A stretch of DNA of 64,000 nt, from assembly GCA_964490075.1 (NCBI GenBank), contig CAZBBK010000019.1, positions 1-64,000 of the forward strand. Reading direction: 5' to 3'. Positions 28,573 to 38,529 of this stretch are shown here, one piece after another; the stretch's first letter is position 1, and every line of letters starts with the position of its first letter. Source of the stretch: an uncultured Gemmatimonadota bacterium. GTDB taxonomy: Bacteria; GCA-2686955. Both the position numbers and the translations under genes were made by a program. The notes beneath the pieces are model-generated. The model saw only the letters and a list, made by a program, of their open reading frames with translations. It did no database searches and was not told the DNA's origin.

Positions 28573-30024
28573 CTAGTCGATCCCGACCATCTTCAGCAGG
28601 CGGGCCGCGGACGAGCCCCAGAGCCGGGCCAGAACCGGCACGAACGAAGCGATGGCGGCGACCGTGGCCAGGCGCAGCGGCCAGGTCTTGCCTTCGAACG
28701 GTGCCGTGAACGACAAGATCTGCTCCTGCCGGTCGAAGACCAGGAGATAGAGTGCCGCCACCAACGCCACGCGCAACAGGGCTTTTACCAGATCGGCGCC
28801 CCCCAGGCGGAGACGCTTCTTGATCTCCTCGGTGCTGACCACCGCGGCTTGAAAATTGTCGCCGAGAACGCTGCGCAGCTCGCGTGCCAACCGCATCTGC
28901 GCCGCGTGCGGCTTGGAATGGTAGACACCGCCCACCACGAAGAGACTGTACTTGATGCGCCGGTCGATCGAGTGCAAGAGCTCGGTCGCTCCGCCGACCA
29001 CTACGTGACGCCCGCCCGAGCGCTCGATCTTGCGCAGCTCGGCGAGAGTTTCGGCGACTCCACCGTCGTCGTCGGTTTCGAGCTCGTCCTCGGCGAGCTC
29101 TGATGACACGGTGTCGGAAGCCACGAAACGCAGCAGCTCGACCGAGGCATCCCAGCTCTCGGCCAGCGCGACGATGTCGGAAAATATGTCGCTTTTGAAG
29201 TTGAAGGTCTCGGCGATCCACAAGATGTTGGTCTCGGCGATGGTGCAGCGCACCTCTTCGACCCCGGGCAGCCCTTCGAGCACCTCGGCGACGTGGGGGA
29301 TCAGGTCGGCCTGGCGCGGCATGTGGTGCACCGAGACGATGCCGCCGCGGGCCCGCACCCGAACTTCGGCGCGGGCGCAGGTGTCGTCCTGGCCGAGGGC
29401 GATGCGGGCGCGGCTGGCGAGCAGGAGCTCCTCGAGGGCGCGCCTGGAAGCCGGCGTCGACTTGTAGGCCGGCAGCTCGGCCATGGCGCAGAGCGCGACC
29501 GCGGCATTGTCCTCGGGAATGTTCTCGAGATTGACGACGATGTCGTAGAGAGCCGGGTCGTGCCAGCGCACGCCGTGCAGGTACTCCGCCCAGCGGGCGC
29601 GGTCCTGGTCGACCTTCTTGATGAACTCGATCGCCTCGGCGCGCGGCAGGCGCATGGCGCTCTCGGTGGCCTGAATGCGCTTCTCCATGCTGCTCAGGAC
29701 CCGCACCCGGAGCACGTGGCTGACGCCGGGCAGGAGCAGGTGGCCGGCGTGGCCGTGGTAGACCAGGTTGCCGCCGAGCGCCTTCTCACACAGGCTGGCG
29801 GTGGCGGTCGCCAGATAGAACTCGCGCTCGCGGGCGTAGCGCCGGCGGCTGGCGGGCGCTTTGATCATGGCGGTTTCGAGCTTGCCGACCGCAATGCCGC
29901 AGTCGATCGCCGCATCGGCCAGGAACTCGCGATCGATGCACTCGCAGCCGAGCTTCGCGGCCAGGGCCTCGGCCAGCAGCTTGCCGCGGCTCAGGGATCC
30001 GCGAGAGATCGTGATGATCGGCAT
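28573..30024 (-). CDS. Cytidylate kinase-like family protein with BON-like domain and C-terminal TM segments
   Basis: MPIITISRGSLSRG, LRVRV, YDIVVN; EVRVRARGGIVSV...LPGVEEV; hydrophobic C-terminus. Confidence 0.75.
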   Translation of the reverse strand: MPIITISRGSLSRGKLLAEALAAKLGCECIDREFLADAAIDCGIAVGKLETAMIKAPASRRRYAREREFYLATATASLCEKALGGNLVYHGHAGHLLLPGVSHVLRVRVLSSMEKRIQATESAMRLPRAEAIEFIKKVDQDRARWAEYLHGVRWHDPALYDIVVNLENIPEDNAAVALCAMAELPAYKSTPASRRALEELLLASRARIALGQDDTCARAEVRVRARGGIVSVHHMPRQADLIPHVAEVLEGLPGVEEVRCTIAETNILWIAETFNFKSDIFSDIVALAESWDASVELLRFVASDTVSSELAEDELETDDDGGVAETLAELRKIERSGGRHVVVGGATELLHSIDRRIKYSLFVVGGVYHSKPHAAQMRLARELRSVLGDNFQAAVVSTEEIKKRLRLGGADLVKALLRVALVAALYLLVFDRQEQILSFTAPFEGKTWPLRLATVAAIASFVPVLARLWGSSAARLLKMVGID

Positions 30025-30294
30025 CGGTCGAGCTCGCTGGACAGGGGTGGGGCGCCAGGGGAAGCGGATAGGGACGAAGAGGACGGTAGCGAGGGGAGCG
30101 AGAGCGGTCAACAGGGCGCGCCCGCCGAAACGCCGTTTCGTACGAGCGTCACTAATCCTGTGGACGGCAAAAGAGAGGCAAGGAATCGCCGGCCGAAGGC
30201 GACGTGGTTACCATGAGATCCACGGTGCGGGGCGTCCGCTGCCACGACCTCCGCGCCGACAACCTCCCTGCTCCGCAAGACAAAGGAGACCGCG

Positions 30295-32082
30295 ATGGAG
30301 TCCCCGTCCCCGACGCGGCACCCCCTCCGCGCTTCCCTGGCAGCGAGCATTTCGCTCGTCGCTTCGCTCTTCGTCACTCCCGCGGCGTTTGCCGACGCCC
30401 CCCTGGTGTTCTGTCGCGGCGCCGCCTGTGGCGGACCCGGCCCGGCCGACTATGCCTACCGGATCGACTCCGGCAGCTACCCGATGATGGAGCTCCGGGT
30501 GGGCACCAACGATCTGGATCCGGCCCACTACCAGGACGTGGTGTTGCCCGCCGGGTGGCATTTCACCATCGAGGACACCCCCACGGCCCACGCCCACGGC
30601 GTCGAAACGCCGCACGGCGAGGTCTCTCCCGGGCCCTGCTGGTGCCTCACGCGGGGCACCGCGCTGTGGTGGACCGACGATCCGGACCACGCGGTCGAGT
30701 TCTTCACCTTCGCCTTCGACCACGCATCGACCACCGAAGACGTCGACTGGAGCCTGCTCACCCGGCGCGCCGGACCGCCCCCCGAGTACTACGAGTTCGG
30801 TCCCTTCTGGGATGCCGGCGTGGGGGAGGGCGTGGGACCGCTGCATGGTCCCCACGAGCTGCGGCCGGTGCTGCACCTGGGCCTGGGGGAGCAGGTGCAG
30901 GACGAGGCCGGAGCGACGATCGAGGTTCCCGGCTACTCGGTGCCTTCCTTCACCCACTGGGACGGCGACGTGCTCGCCGACCTGGTGATCGGGGAAGGGG
31001 GCGGCCTCGATCCGGGCAAGGTGCGGATCTACCCGAACCAGGGCAGCCCCGCCGAGCCGCTCTTCGCGGACTACTTCTATGCGCAGTCGGAAGGTGGCGA
31101 CCTGACACTGCCGGCGATCGGCTGTCTGGGAGCCTTCCCGCGCGTGGTGCAATGGGACGGCGACGGGCGCAAGGACCTCTTGATCGGCGTGGCCGACGGC
31201 ACGGTGCGGATCTATCTCAACACCGGCACCAACGCCGATCCGGTCTTCGACGGTGGCACGGCGCTCCAGGTCGGCGCGGCCGGCGCCAAGATCGACATCG
31301 ACGTCGGCGATCGGGCCACCTCGGTGGTGAGCGACTGGGACTCGGACGGACGCAAGGACCTGGTGGTCGGCGCGCTCGACGGGTTGGTGCGGGTGTTCCT
31401 GAACGAGGGCAGCGACACCGAGCCCGATTTCGTCGCCGAGATGCTCGCGCAGGCCAATGGCGTCGATCTGGAGGTGCCCTCGGCGCGCTCCAGCCCCGAG
31501 GTCCTCGACCTGGACGGCGACGGGCGCAAGGATCTCTTGTGCGGCAACACCGATGGCGAGCTTCTGCTCTACTCGAATGTCGGCGACGACGAGTGGCCGG
31601 TCTTCGGTGATCCGGTGCGAGTCGAAGCGGCCGGGACGCCGATCGATCTCGACGGCGCGCCGCGCTCGCGGCCGAGCATCTGTCGCTGGACCGACGACCT
31701 CGAGCTCGATGTGTTGATCGGCTCGGAGGACGGGACGGTGCGCCTCTATCAAGGGATCTCGATCACGCCCTTCGCACTGTCGCTGACCCCCGATCCGCTG
31801 GTCGGCGGTGCGCTCGCGACCCTCACTCTGAGCGGCGCCACGCCGCGCGCAATCGCCGCGTCCGGCTACAGTCTGACCGGCCTGGGGCACACCTACGTGC
31901 CGCCGCTGGGGATCTTCGTCGATCTCGATGCGCCGCGGCCGGGAGGCATCGAGGGCGTGGGACCCGACGGAAGCGCCGTCTGGTCGTTCTGGGTGCCCGA
32001 GCTGGCCGAGGGCCGCGAGCTATGGCTGCAGGCGGCGGAGCCCGGGCACAAGAGCAATGTTATCGCTACCTCGGTGAGGTAG
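30295..32082 (+). CDS. Secreted FG-GAP/VCBS repeat protein
   Basis: Repeats WDGDGRKDLLIG..DG.VRIYLN.G....P.F; AAGGAG RBS; signal peptide. Confidence 0.85.
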   Translation: MESPSPTRHPLRASLAASISLVASLFVTPAAFADAPLVFCRGAACGGPGPADYAYRIDSGSYPMMELRVGTNDLDPAHYQDVVLPAGWHFTIEDTPTAHAHGVETPHGEVSPGPCWCLTRGTALWWTDDPDHAVEFFTFAFDHASTTEDVDWSLLTRRAGPPPEYYEFGPFWDAGVGEGVGPLHGPHELRPVLHLGLGEQVQDEAGATIEVPGYSVPSFTHWDGDVLADLVIGEGGGLDPGKVRIYPNQGSPAEPLFADYFYAQSEGGDLTLPAIGCLGAFPRVVQWDGDGRKDLLIGVADGTVRIYLNTGTNADPVFDGGTALQVGAAGAKIDIDVGDRATSVVSDWDSDGRKDLVVGALDGLVRVFLNEGSDTEPDFVAEMLAQANGVDLEVPSARSSPEVLDLDGDGRKDLLCGNTDGELLLYSNVGDDEWPVFGDPVRVEAAGTPIDLDGAPRSRPSICRWTDDLELDVLIGSEDGTVRLYQGISITPFALSLTPDPLVGGALATLTLSGATPRAIAASGYSLTGLGHTYVPPLGIFVDLDAPRPGGIEGVGPDGSAVWSFWVPELAEGRELWLQAAEPGHKSNVIATSVR

Positions 32083-32085
32083 CAG

Positions 32086-34221
32086 CTACTCCTGGAAGCA
32101 GGCGCGCTCCTCGGCGCCGTAGGGCTCGCTGGGATCGCCGAGGAGCGCAGCCAGGGCGTTGGCCACGTCGTCGCCGAAGTGCGGCCCCGACGACACCTCT
32201 TCCTCGTAGTAGTTCGGATGGCTCATGTCCATCAGCGGCACGTAGTCGGAGAAGGGGACCAGGTAGCCGGCTTCGCTGTTGCCCATGTTGGCGACGAAGC
32301 AGTGCGGCGCCTCCATCAGCTGGATCAGGCCCGGCATCGCCGGGAAGTCGCAGACATCGTTGCGCGGAGGGTTCTGGTAGCGCACCGTCGCGGCGTCGCG
32401 GCCCCTCAGATACTCCGGCGGCATCTCGCCCGGGCTGGTGAAGAACTGGGTCTCGCCGATCCGCACCACGTTCAGGTCGAGGGTGAAGAAAGTGGCACAC
32501 GGATCACCGGCCGCCACCCGAGCGATGCATCCGGGGACGGTCAATGGCGTGCACCAGAGTGGCACCCAATCGGGCAGATCCGGCTCCCGGAAGTCGCTCA
32601 TCTTGGTGCAGCCGAAGATCCCCAGGAAGGGATTCTCCAGCTCGATGTCGACGCTGCCGTGGAGGACCTCCAGCGTCGGAGTTTCGAGCCAGTCCGGCGC
32701 TGCGGCCAGCGCCTCCAGAGCCACATCGCCGATGTAGAGCCCGAGCGAGCGCACCTTGGCGCGGGATTCGTCCCAGGTCCACTGCGGCACCATGCGGCCC
32801 TCGGCGTCGTAGAGGCAGCTGTCGGGACTCTCGGGGTCGGGCTGACAGAGCGGCGCGCCGCGCTCATCGTAGAGCGGCACCGGAGTCGAGGAGTGCAGAT
32901 AGCCGATCTGATTGCCGACCGTGCCGCTCATGAAGAGACAAATCCCGCCCAGCTCTCCTTCGAGGCGCTCGCGCACGTAGTGGGGGTAGTCGGAGGATTG
33001 GACGTTGCCTTCGGCGGAGCCCAGCACTTCGGGGTGATTGGCGAAGTTGACCAGGGTGGCGATGGTCGCGCCCGGCTCCGGATCGGATCCCGGCCGCGGC
33101 GCCAGTTCGGCGAAGTGCAGCACGGTCACCGCCATGTTGCGCACCCAGGGCTCGCGCAGATCGTTCTGGACCACGAAGCGGTGATAGCCGGGCCCCGGAT
33201 TGGTGTTCTGACCGTAGTTGTTGTAAAGGATGCAGTCCGCGTCCTCCAACAACACTCCGGTCTCGGGGTCGTAGCAGGCGATCGGCTGCCCCTGGGCCGA
33301 GCGTACCAGAGCCGGACGCAGATCGGAGAGTGCCTCGGCCGCGCTCAGGAACATGCGGTCGAGCACTCCGGTGTCGTCGAGCTCGATGCGCTGCCCGGCG
33401 CCGTGGATGTAACGCTTGCTCAGTCCGCCGCGCGGCAGATCCCAGAGGCCGAGCGCGTCGGGGGAGTTGTGGTTGTGGGTCGAGGAGACGACGATGTTCT
33501 CGTAAGGCAGGTCGATGCCGAGCCCGGCCGCCCAGTCGGAGATGCGGCGCTTCACCGGGTTGATGAAATCGTGCATCATGGCCGCGAAGTCGACCGACAT
33601 GATCAAGGTCGCCAGGCCCTCCTGGTTTTCGATCGCGATCGAGCGCGCCCAGATGCCGTCGTTCACCCCATCGCCGTTGACGTCGTCGTCGTTGGTCTCG
33701 TTCACGGCGCGGAAGTAGCCGAGGGGCCAGTTGGGGCCGAATCCGGCCAGGCCGAAGCTGTCGAAACGCAGATTGCCCTCTTTCGCGAAGGGACGCAGCA
33801 GCCAGTGCCAGTTGTCGTCGGCCGGGTCCTTCCGGTCGTCCGATCCCGCCGCGCCGTACTCCTTGCAGCGCTCGAGCGGACGTCTGACGGGATGGAGAGA
33901 GCGCTGGCAGTCGTCGGTGCTCCCGTTCTGGTCGTCATCGACGCCGAGGCGACCCGGAGCTCCGTCGGCGCCGAATGCCCCCGCTTCTTCGAAATCGTAG
34001 CGGCGGTCGGGACCGGTGTCGTACCAGGTCTCGCCGGCCAGGCGATCGTAGTGGCCGTTGCCGTTGGCATCGTCGTAGGCCTCCCAGTCTTGGCGGGTCA
34101 GGTCGACGCGCGACGCGCCGACGTAGATCAAGGAGCCCGGAGGGGGAGGGGCGGAGCGGGCCAGGGCCGGCGCGGCAGAGCACAGGATGACGAGCACGAA
34201 TCGGGCGGCCGATCTGGACAT
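32086..34221 (-). CDS. Secreted neutral ceramidase-like metallo-hydrolase with DxDxDG-like Ca loops
   Basis: IWARSIAI, VVSSTHNHNSPD, NFANHPE, SSDYP, PGE, YEE..S.GP. Confidence 0.7.
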   Translation of the reverse strand: MSRSAARFVLVILCSAAPALARSAPPPPGSLIYVGASRVDLTRQDWEAYDDANGNGHYDRLAGETWYDTGPDRRYDFEEAGAFGADGAPGRLGVDDDQNGSTDDCQRSLHPVRRPLERCKEYGAAGSDDRKDPADDNWHWLLRPFAKEGNLRFDSFGLAGFGPNWPLGYFRAVNETNDDDVNGDGVNDGIWARSIAIENQEGLATLIMSVDFAAMMHDFINPVKRRISDWAAGLGIDLPYENIVVSSTHNHNSPDALGLWDLPRGGLSKRYIHGAGQRIELDDTGVLDRMFLSAAEALSDLRPALVRSAQGQPIACYDPETGVLLEDADCILYNNYGQNTNPGPGYHRFVVQNDLREPWVRNMAVTVLHFAELAPRPGSDPEPGATIATLVNFANHPEVLGSAEGNVQSSDYPHYVRERLEGELGGICLFMSGTVGNQIGYLHSSTPVPLYDERGAPLCQPDPESPDSCLYDAEGRMVPQWTWDESRAKVRSLGLYIGDVALEALAAAPDWLETPTLEVLHGSVDIELENPFLGIFGCTKMSDFREPDLPDWVPLWCTPLTVPGCIARVAAGDPCATFFTLDLNVVRIGETQFFTSPGEMPPEYLRGRDAATVRYQNPPRNDVCDFPAMPGLIQLMEAPHCFVANMGNSEAGYLVPFSDYVPLMDMSHPNYYEEEVSSGPHFGDDVANALAALLGDPSEPYGAEERACFQE

Positions 34222-34294
34222 CGGGGCCTCCGATCTGGGGACGAAGGAGCGCGGGGACGGAGCATCGCAATGGTACACCCGTTGGTGCGCCCGA

Positions 34295-35512
34295 TCAGAG
34301 CCCGCCGTCGTAGACGTAGCGTCCCATCTCGTTGTCGTTGCGCAGCGCCAGGTGGGTGCGGCGGGCGCGGGGCCGGCCGCCACCCGCGAAGACCAGCTCG
34401 CAGGGCACCTTGTAGCCGGCGTAGTTGGTTCCATTCGGGGGGCCGGTGAGGGTGAACTCGAGCAGCTCGTTGGCGGCCATCCACTCGATCAGGGCCTCGG
34501 AGTCGCAGAAGGGGCGGAGGGAGTCCCAGTCGCGGCGCCGCCAGGCATCGAGCACGATCTCGGTCACTTCGATCGGGCCGAGATCGGCGTAGGATGAGGA
34601 GTAGACGTCGGCGTAGGCCATCGGCCGCACACCGGACGGGAGGCGCAGGCTGAAGAGCGAGTCGGGCAGGCTGTGCCGGTAGTCGATCGAGCGCAGCCTC
34701 TCGACCAGGATCTCCCGGCCCTGGTGGCGCACGTACTTCTCGATGCCGGTGAGCGCCTTGGTGCCGGTTTCCCAGGTCACCACGGTGCGCCGGTCGAACT
34801 CGTGGTAGAAGCTCGGCCTCGCTCCCGGCTCCGCCTCCCAGTCTCCCGCCTCGACCACGCTCAGGGTGGTCAGCGGGGTGCCGGCGGCGATCAAGGTGTC
34901 GACCCGAGTGCGCGCGGGATCGAGCGGCAGCAGTCCGCTCAGCCAGTTGGCGGGGTTGGCGTGCAACCGGTCCAGGCTCAGCCCCACCTCGCCTTCCCAG
35001 AGCTTCGCCTCGCCCGCCCGAACGAAGTGCAGCAGCGTGGTGTCGCCGTCGAAGATCTTGTTGCGCTCTTCCTTGTCGATGCGCATGCGGCCGGAAGGGA
35101 AGCGCGGCGAGGGCAGCTCGAACCAGATCTTCACCGGGACGAAGGGCAGGCTCGGATCGATGTGCTCGAAGTTCTCGCGGGGGCCGGAGCGGCTGTCGAG
35201 CGCGCACACGAAGGCGCCGCGGCTCTCGATCCGCTCGATCATCGCCGCGTAGGCGGACGAGACCAGCTTCAGGTCGAACCCCCCCGTCGCGCCGGGGCGC
35301 CCCAGACGGCCGGAGGCGCCGAGGTAGATCACCAGGGCGGCGGCCAGGGCGGCCGGGGCGAGCAGTGGCCAGGCGCCGAGCGGACGCCGGCGCTCCTTGC
35401 GGGCGGGCGTTCCTCGAGGGGGGATCGCCGCGATGAGCCGGTCTCTGAGGTCGACCGGGACCGCTCTCTTAGCGTCGGACCGAAGCAGCTTTTCGAGGTC
35501 GCGAGGTCTCAT
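34295..35512 (-). CDS. Putative transmembrane anti-sigma factor with extracytoplasmic LolA-like domain
   Basis: Overlaps the ECF sigma stop; short N-terminus, one TM, KIWF..GRMRID, DSLF. Confidence 0.6.
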   Translation of the reverse strand: MRPRDLEKLLRSDAKRAVPVDLRDRLIAAIPPRGTPARKERRRPLGAWPLLAPAALAAALVIYLGASGRLGRPGATGGFDLKLVSSAYAAMIERIESRGAFVCALDSRSGPRENFEHIDPSLPFVPVKIWFELPSPRFPSGRMRIDKEERNKIFDGDTTLLHFVRAGEAKLWEGEVGLSLDRLHANPANWLSGLLPLDPARTRVDTLIAAGTPLTTLSVVEAGDWEAEPGARPSFYHEFDRRTVVTWETGTKALTGIEKYVRHQGREILVERLRSIDYRHSLPDSLFSLRLPSGVRPMAYADVYSSSYADLGPIEVTEIVLDAWRRRDWDSLRPFCDSEALIEWMAANELLEFTLTGPPNGTNYAGYKVPCELVFAGGGRPRARRTHLALRNDNEMGRYVYDGGL

Positions 35513-36044
35513 GATCGATCTCCCTGAGGCGGATGAGCGCGCGATTCAGCCGGGACTTGGCGGTGCCGGTCGGAATCGAGAGCAGCCGCGCCGCCTCGCG
35601 GATGCTGAGCTCGGAGTAGTAGTGCAGGTGGACGATCTCGCGCAGCGGGACCGGCAGGGTCTCGACCGCGGCGCGAATGCGCTCGGCGTCGCGGCGCCGA
35701 TCGAAGCGCTCCTCGACCGTCGGGGCGGGGTCGGGGAGCGCCCGCAGGTCGAGCCGCTCGGCGATCTCCACGCTCCTCCCCGAGCGCCGCAGATGGCCCA
35801 GGAGCTCATTGCGGGCGATCGAGATCAGCCAGGTGCGCAGCGACGAGCGTCCTTCGAAGCGGGCGCGCGCCGTCCAGGCCTTGGAGAAGGTGCTCTGGGT
35901 GAGATCGGCGGCGGTCTCGGGATCGCCGCAGCTTCCCAGCAGGTAGCGGTAGACCTGCCGGTAGTGGCGGTCGATCAGCCGTACGCAGGCATCGGAATCG
36001 CCTCTCTCGAGCCTCTTCCACAGCACTCTGTCACGGATGCCCAT
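35469..36044 (-). CDS. ECF RNA polymerase sigma factor
   Basis: AADLTQSTF, LRTWL.SIARN, LSIREAA..L.IPTGTAKSRL.RA; GGAGG RBS before MGIR. Confidence 0.92.
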   Translation of the reverse strand: MGIRDRVLWKRLERGDSDACVRLIDRHYRQVYRYLLGSCGDPETAADLTQSTFSKAWTARARFEGRSSLRTWLISIARNELLGHLRRSGRSVEIAERLDLRALPDPAPTVEERFDRRRDAERIRAAVETLPVPLREIVHLHYYSELSIREAARLLSIPTGTAKSRLNRALIRLREIDHETSRPRKAASVRR

Positions 36045-36127
36045 CGCGGCACCTCCACGTCGAAGCCGGGTGTTGGCGCAGCCTCGGAGACGGGCGGCAG
36101 GGCGCGCTCCGAGCTCTGCTGATAGAG

Positions 36128-36156
36128 TAGATGCCCGATTCGGCCACGGTGTTCGC
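36128..36156 (-). promoter_or_regulatory. Putative ECF autoregulatory promoter
   Basis: Minus strand gcgAAC-N17-CATCTA, about 85 bp upstream of the sigma start. Confidence 0.4.
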
Positions 36157-36231
36157 CTCCTCCGGCGTTTTTTCTCTCCGGCGGCCGCCCCCCTCCCCAG
36201 CCGCCGCGCGAAGCGGCCCCGGAGCCCCTCC

Positions 36232-36744
36232 ATGAGCGCCTTCCCCCGTCCCTTCGACGACGAGTTCCTGGACCGCAACCTCTACCGCCGGTCGGCGATC
36301 CTGATCGACGAGATCTCGAGCATCGACGCCGGGCGCCACGAGATCGTCTGTCGAATGCGCACCGACAAGTCGGGGATTCCGCTCCTGGACGAGCAGCGCG
36401 ACCCCTACGGCACCCACCCCAGGCATCTGAACGGCGGCGTGCTGGTCCACCTGAGCGGCATCATGGGGATCGCCCACGCCTGGTACGTCGAGGGGCTGCG
36501 CCTGGCCGACGGCTGGGTCGGCTACGGCACCACCATCCACCGCCTCGATATTCGCGGCCCGGTCGCGATCGGACCCCCGCTCGATCTGCGCTTGCGCGCC
36601 ACCCGGCGCCGGATCCGGCCCAGGGTGCGGATCGTGCGCTACGAGCTCGTCTACACCCAGCGGGATTCCGTCGTCTACCGGGGCGACCAGAGCGCGATCT
36701 GGCGCAAGATGGAGGTCAGGCGCTCAGGCGCTGAATCAGCATGA
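36232..36744 (+). CDS. Hotdog-fold protein (FabA/FabZ or thioesterase-like)
   Basis: ILIDEI, HP.H.NG helix, GPV..G..L. Confidence 0.55.
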   Translation: MSAFPRPFDDEFLDRNLYRRSAILIDEISSIDAGRHEIVCRMRTDKSGIPLLDEQRDPYGTHPRHLNGGVLVHLSGIMGIAHAWYVEGLRLADGWVGYGTTIHRLDIRGPVAIGPPLDLRLRATRRRIRPRVRIVRYELVYTQRDSVVYRGDQSAIWRKMEVRRSGAESA

Positions 36745-37684
36745 GCAGCACGAACGACACCAGCCCGGCGCAGGTCGGAGTGGCGACCCAGCCGACCACC
36801 ACCTCGATCAGCTTGCGCCGCGACACGGTGTTGATTCCGCGATAGAGGCCGATGCCGAGCAGCGCGCCGACGATCGCCTGAGAGGTCGAGACCGGCACCC
36901 CGAGCACCGAGAAGAGGTGCAGCCCGAAGCCGGCCGCGGTCTGCGCGGCGAAGGCGCCCGGCAGGTCGAGCGGGATGATGCTGTGCCCCACCGTCTCGGC
37001 GACCCCCTTGCCGAAGAGGAGCGCGCCCAGTGCGATTGCCAGTGCCCCCAGCAGGGTCAAGAGGGAGACATCGATGATCTCCGTCTCCAGCGCGATGATG
37101 GGACCGATGGCGTTGCCCAGGTTGTTGGCACCGAGCGAGTACGACGCGTAGGAGGCCGAAGCCAGGACCAGCCAGCGCAGGATGATGTTCGGGGTTCGGG
37201 TCGATTCGAACAGCGCCAGCAGCGCCAGAGTGAGCCGGTAGAGCACGTAGGTCAGCACCATGGTCAGCACCGGACAGAGCACCCACGACCCGGCGATGCC
37301 GATGGTCTTGGACCAGTCCATCGGCATCTGCCCGGCGATGCCCACCCCCGCCACCGCGCCGACCACCGACTGCGAGGTGGAGACCGGGATCTTGCGGAAG
37401 GTGGCGATCGACACGAAGAGCCCGCCGCAGAGCAGCGCCGCCAGCACCGCCTCGGGCGAGAGCGGCGCGGTCACGATTCCCTTGCCGACCGTCTTGGCCA
37501 CCGCGCTGCCTTGCAGCAGCGCCCCGGCGACGGCGAACACCGCGACCAGGGAGATCCCGATCCGGTAGCGGATCAGCCCGGCGCCCACCGACGCACCGAT
37601 GCAGTTGGCGGCGTCATTGGCGCCGATATTGGCGCCGACATAGAGCCCCGCGGCCACCACCGCCACGATCAGCCAGATGCTCAC
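36716..37684 (-). CDS. Inorganic phosphate transporter (PiT family)
   Basis: GANDAAN and GANNLGN, two PVSTSQ signatures. Confidence 0.92.
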   Translation of the reverse strand: MSIWLIVAVVAAGLYVGANIGANDAANCIGASVGAGLIRYRIGISLVAVFAVAGALLQGSAVAKTVGKGIVTAPLSPEAVLAALLCGGLFVSIATFRKIPVSTSQSVVGAVAGVGIAGQMPMDWSKTIGIAGSWVLCPVLTMVLTYVLYRLTLALLALFESTRTPNIILRWLVLASASYASYSLGANNLGNAIGPIIALETEIIDVSLLTLLGALAIALGALLFGKGVAETVGHSIIPLDLPGAFAAQTAAGFGLHLFSVLGVPVSTSQAIVGALLGIGLYRGINTVSRRKLIEVVVGWVATPTCAGLVSFVLLMLIQRLSA

Positions 37685-37718
37685 GCGCGCACCCGCCGCT
37701 CCCTCGGAACCGCCCGGC

Positions 37719-38363
37719 TCAACCCATCTTCCTCTTGATGGCGATGATCGACAGTCGGTCGCCGACGTTTTCGATCCGGTCGCTGACCGAGGCGACGTGG
37801 TCGATCACCATCTTCAGCTCCAGCTTGTCGATCTTCGGCAGGTCGAGCTCTCGGTAGACCCGGCGCACCGAGTAGAACTGGATGCGGTCGATGCGCTGCT
37901 CCAGCCGGCCGATCTCCTCGACCGCCTCCTGTACGTCGTGGTCATCGCGCAGCGTCTTGCGGACCATCTCGGGGAGGGGGCGGTAGCACTGCTCGGTGAT
38001 CTCGATGATCTCGCGCAGATCGCCGGCGATCTCTTCCGGGATCTCGGGACGGGTGAGGAAGATGAAATCGGCGGAATCTTCGGCCTTGTTGGCGACCCGA
38101 TCGAGAGTCTCGAGCAGATCGATGTAGTCCTGGCGGTAGGCGGGCAGGAAGGCGCCGCGGTACATCTCGCGCTCGACTTCGAAGCGGATCAGGTCGGCGC
38201 CACTCTCGAGCTCGTGGACGCGCTTCGACTCCTCCTTGAACTGCCGGTTGCCCGCCAGGTAGTCGAGGACCACCTTGGCGTGCACGGTGACCGCCTGCCC
38301 CACCACATCGCAGAAGCGTTCGATCTCCGTGACCACGTGGTCCTGTCGCTTGTTCCTGAACAT
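37719..38363 (-). CDS. DUF47 / PhoU-like phosphate transport regulator
   Basis: E..AD.IR, GAFLP..R.D, E...D, SDRIENVGD; directly upstream of PiT. Confidence 0.88.
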   Translation of the reverse strand: MFRNKRQDHVVTEIERFCDVVGQAVTVHAKVVLDYLAGNRQFKEESKRVHELESGADLIRFEVEREMYRGAFLPAYRQDYIDLLETLDRVANKAEDSADFIFLTRPEIPEEIAGDLREIIEITEQCYRPLPEMVRKTLRDDHDVQEAVEEIGRLEQRIDRIQFYSVRRVYRELDLPKIDKLELKMVIDHVASVSDRIENVGDRLSIIAIKRKMG

Positions 38364-38529
38364 TGTCTTGGTCTCCCGGTGCCGTTGGCGTGTAGCGCGC
38401 CGCATAGTAGCAGATGCAGACTCGCGTCCGAGTCCTCCTCCAGTCTTCGCGGCGATGGCCGAATTAGCGAAGAGAGTGGAGGATCGCAGCGCGGCGGGTT
38501 ATGAACTCCGCGGGACCCGAGGAAAGAAG

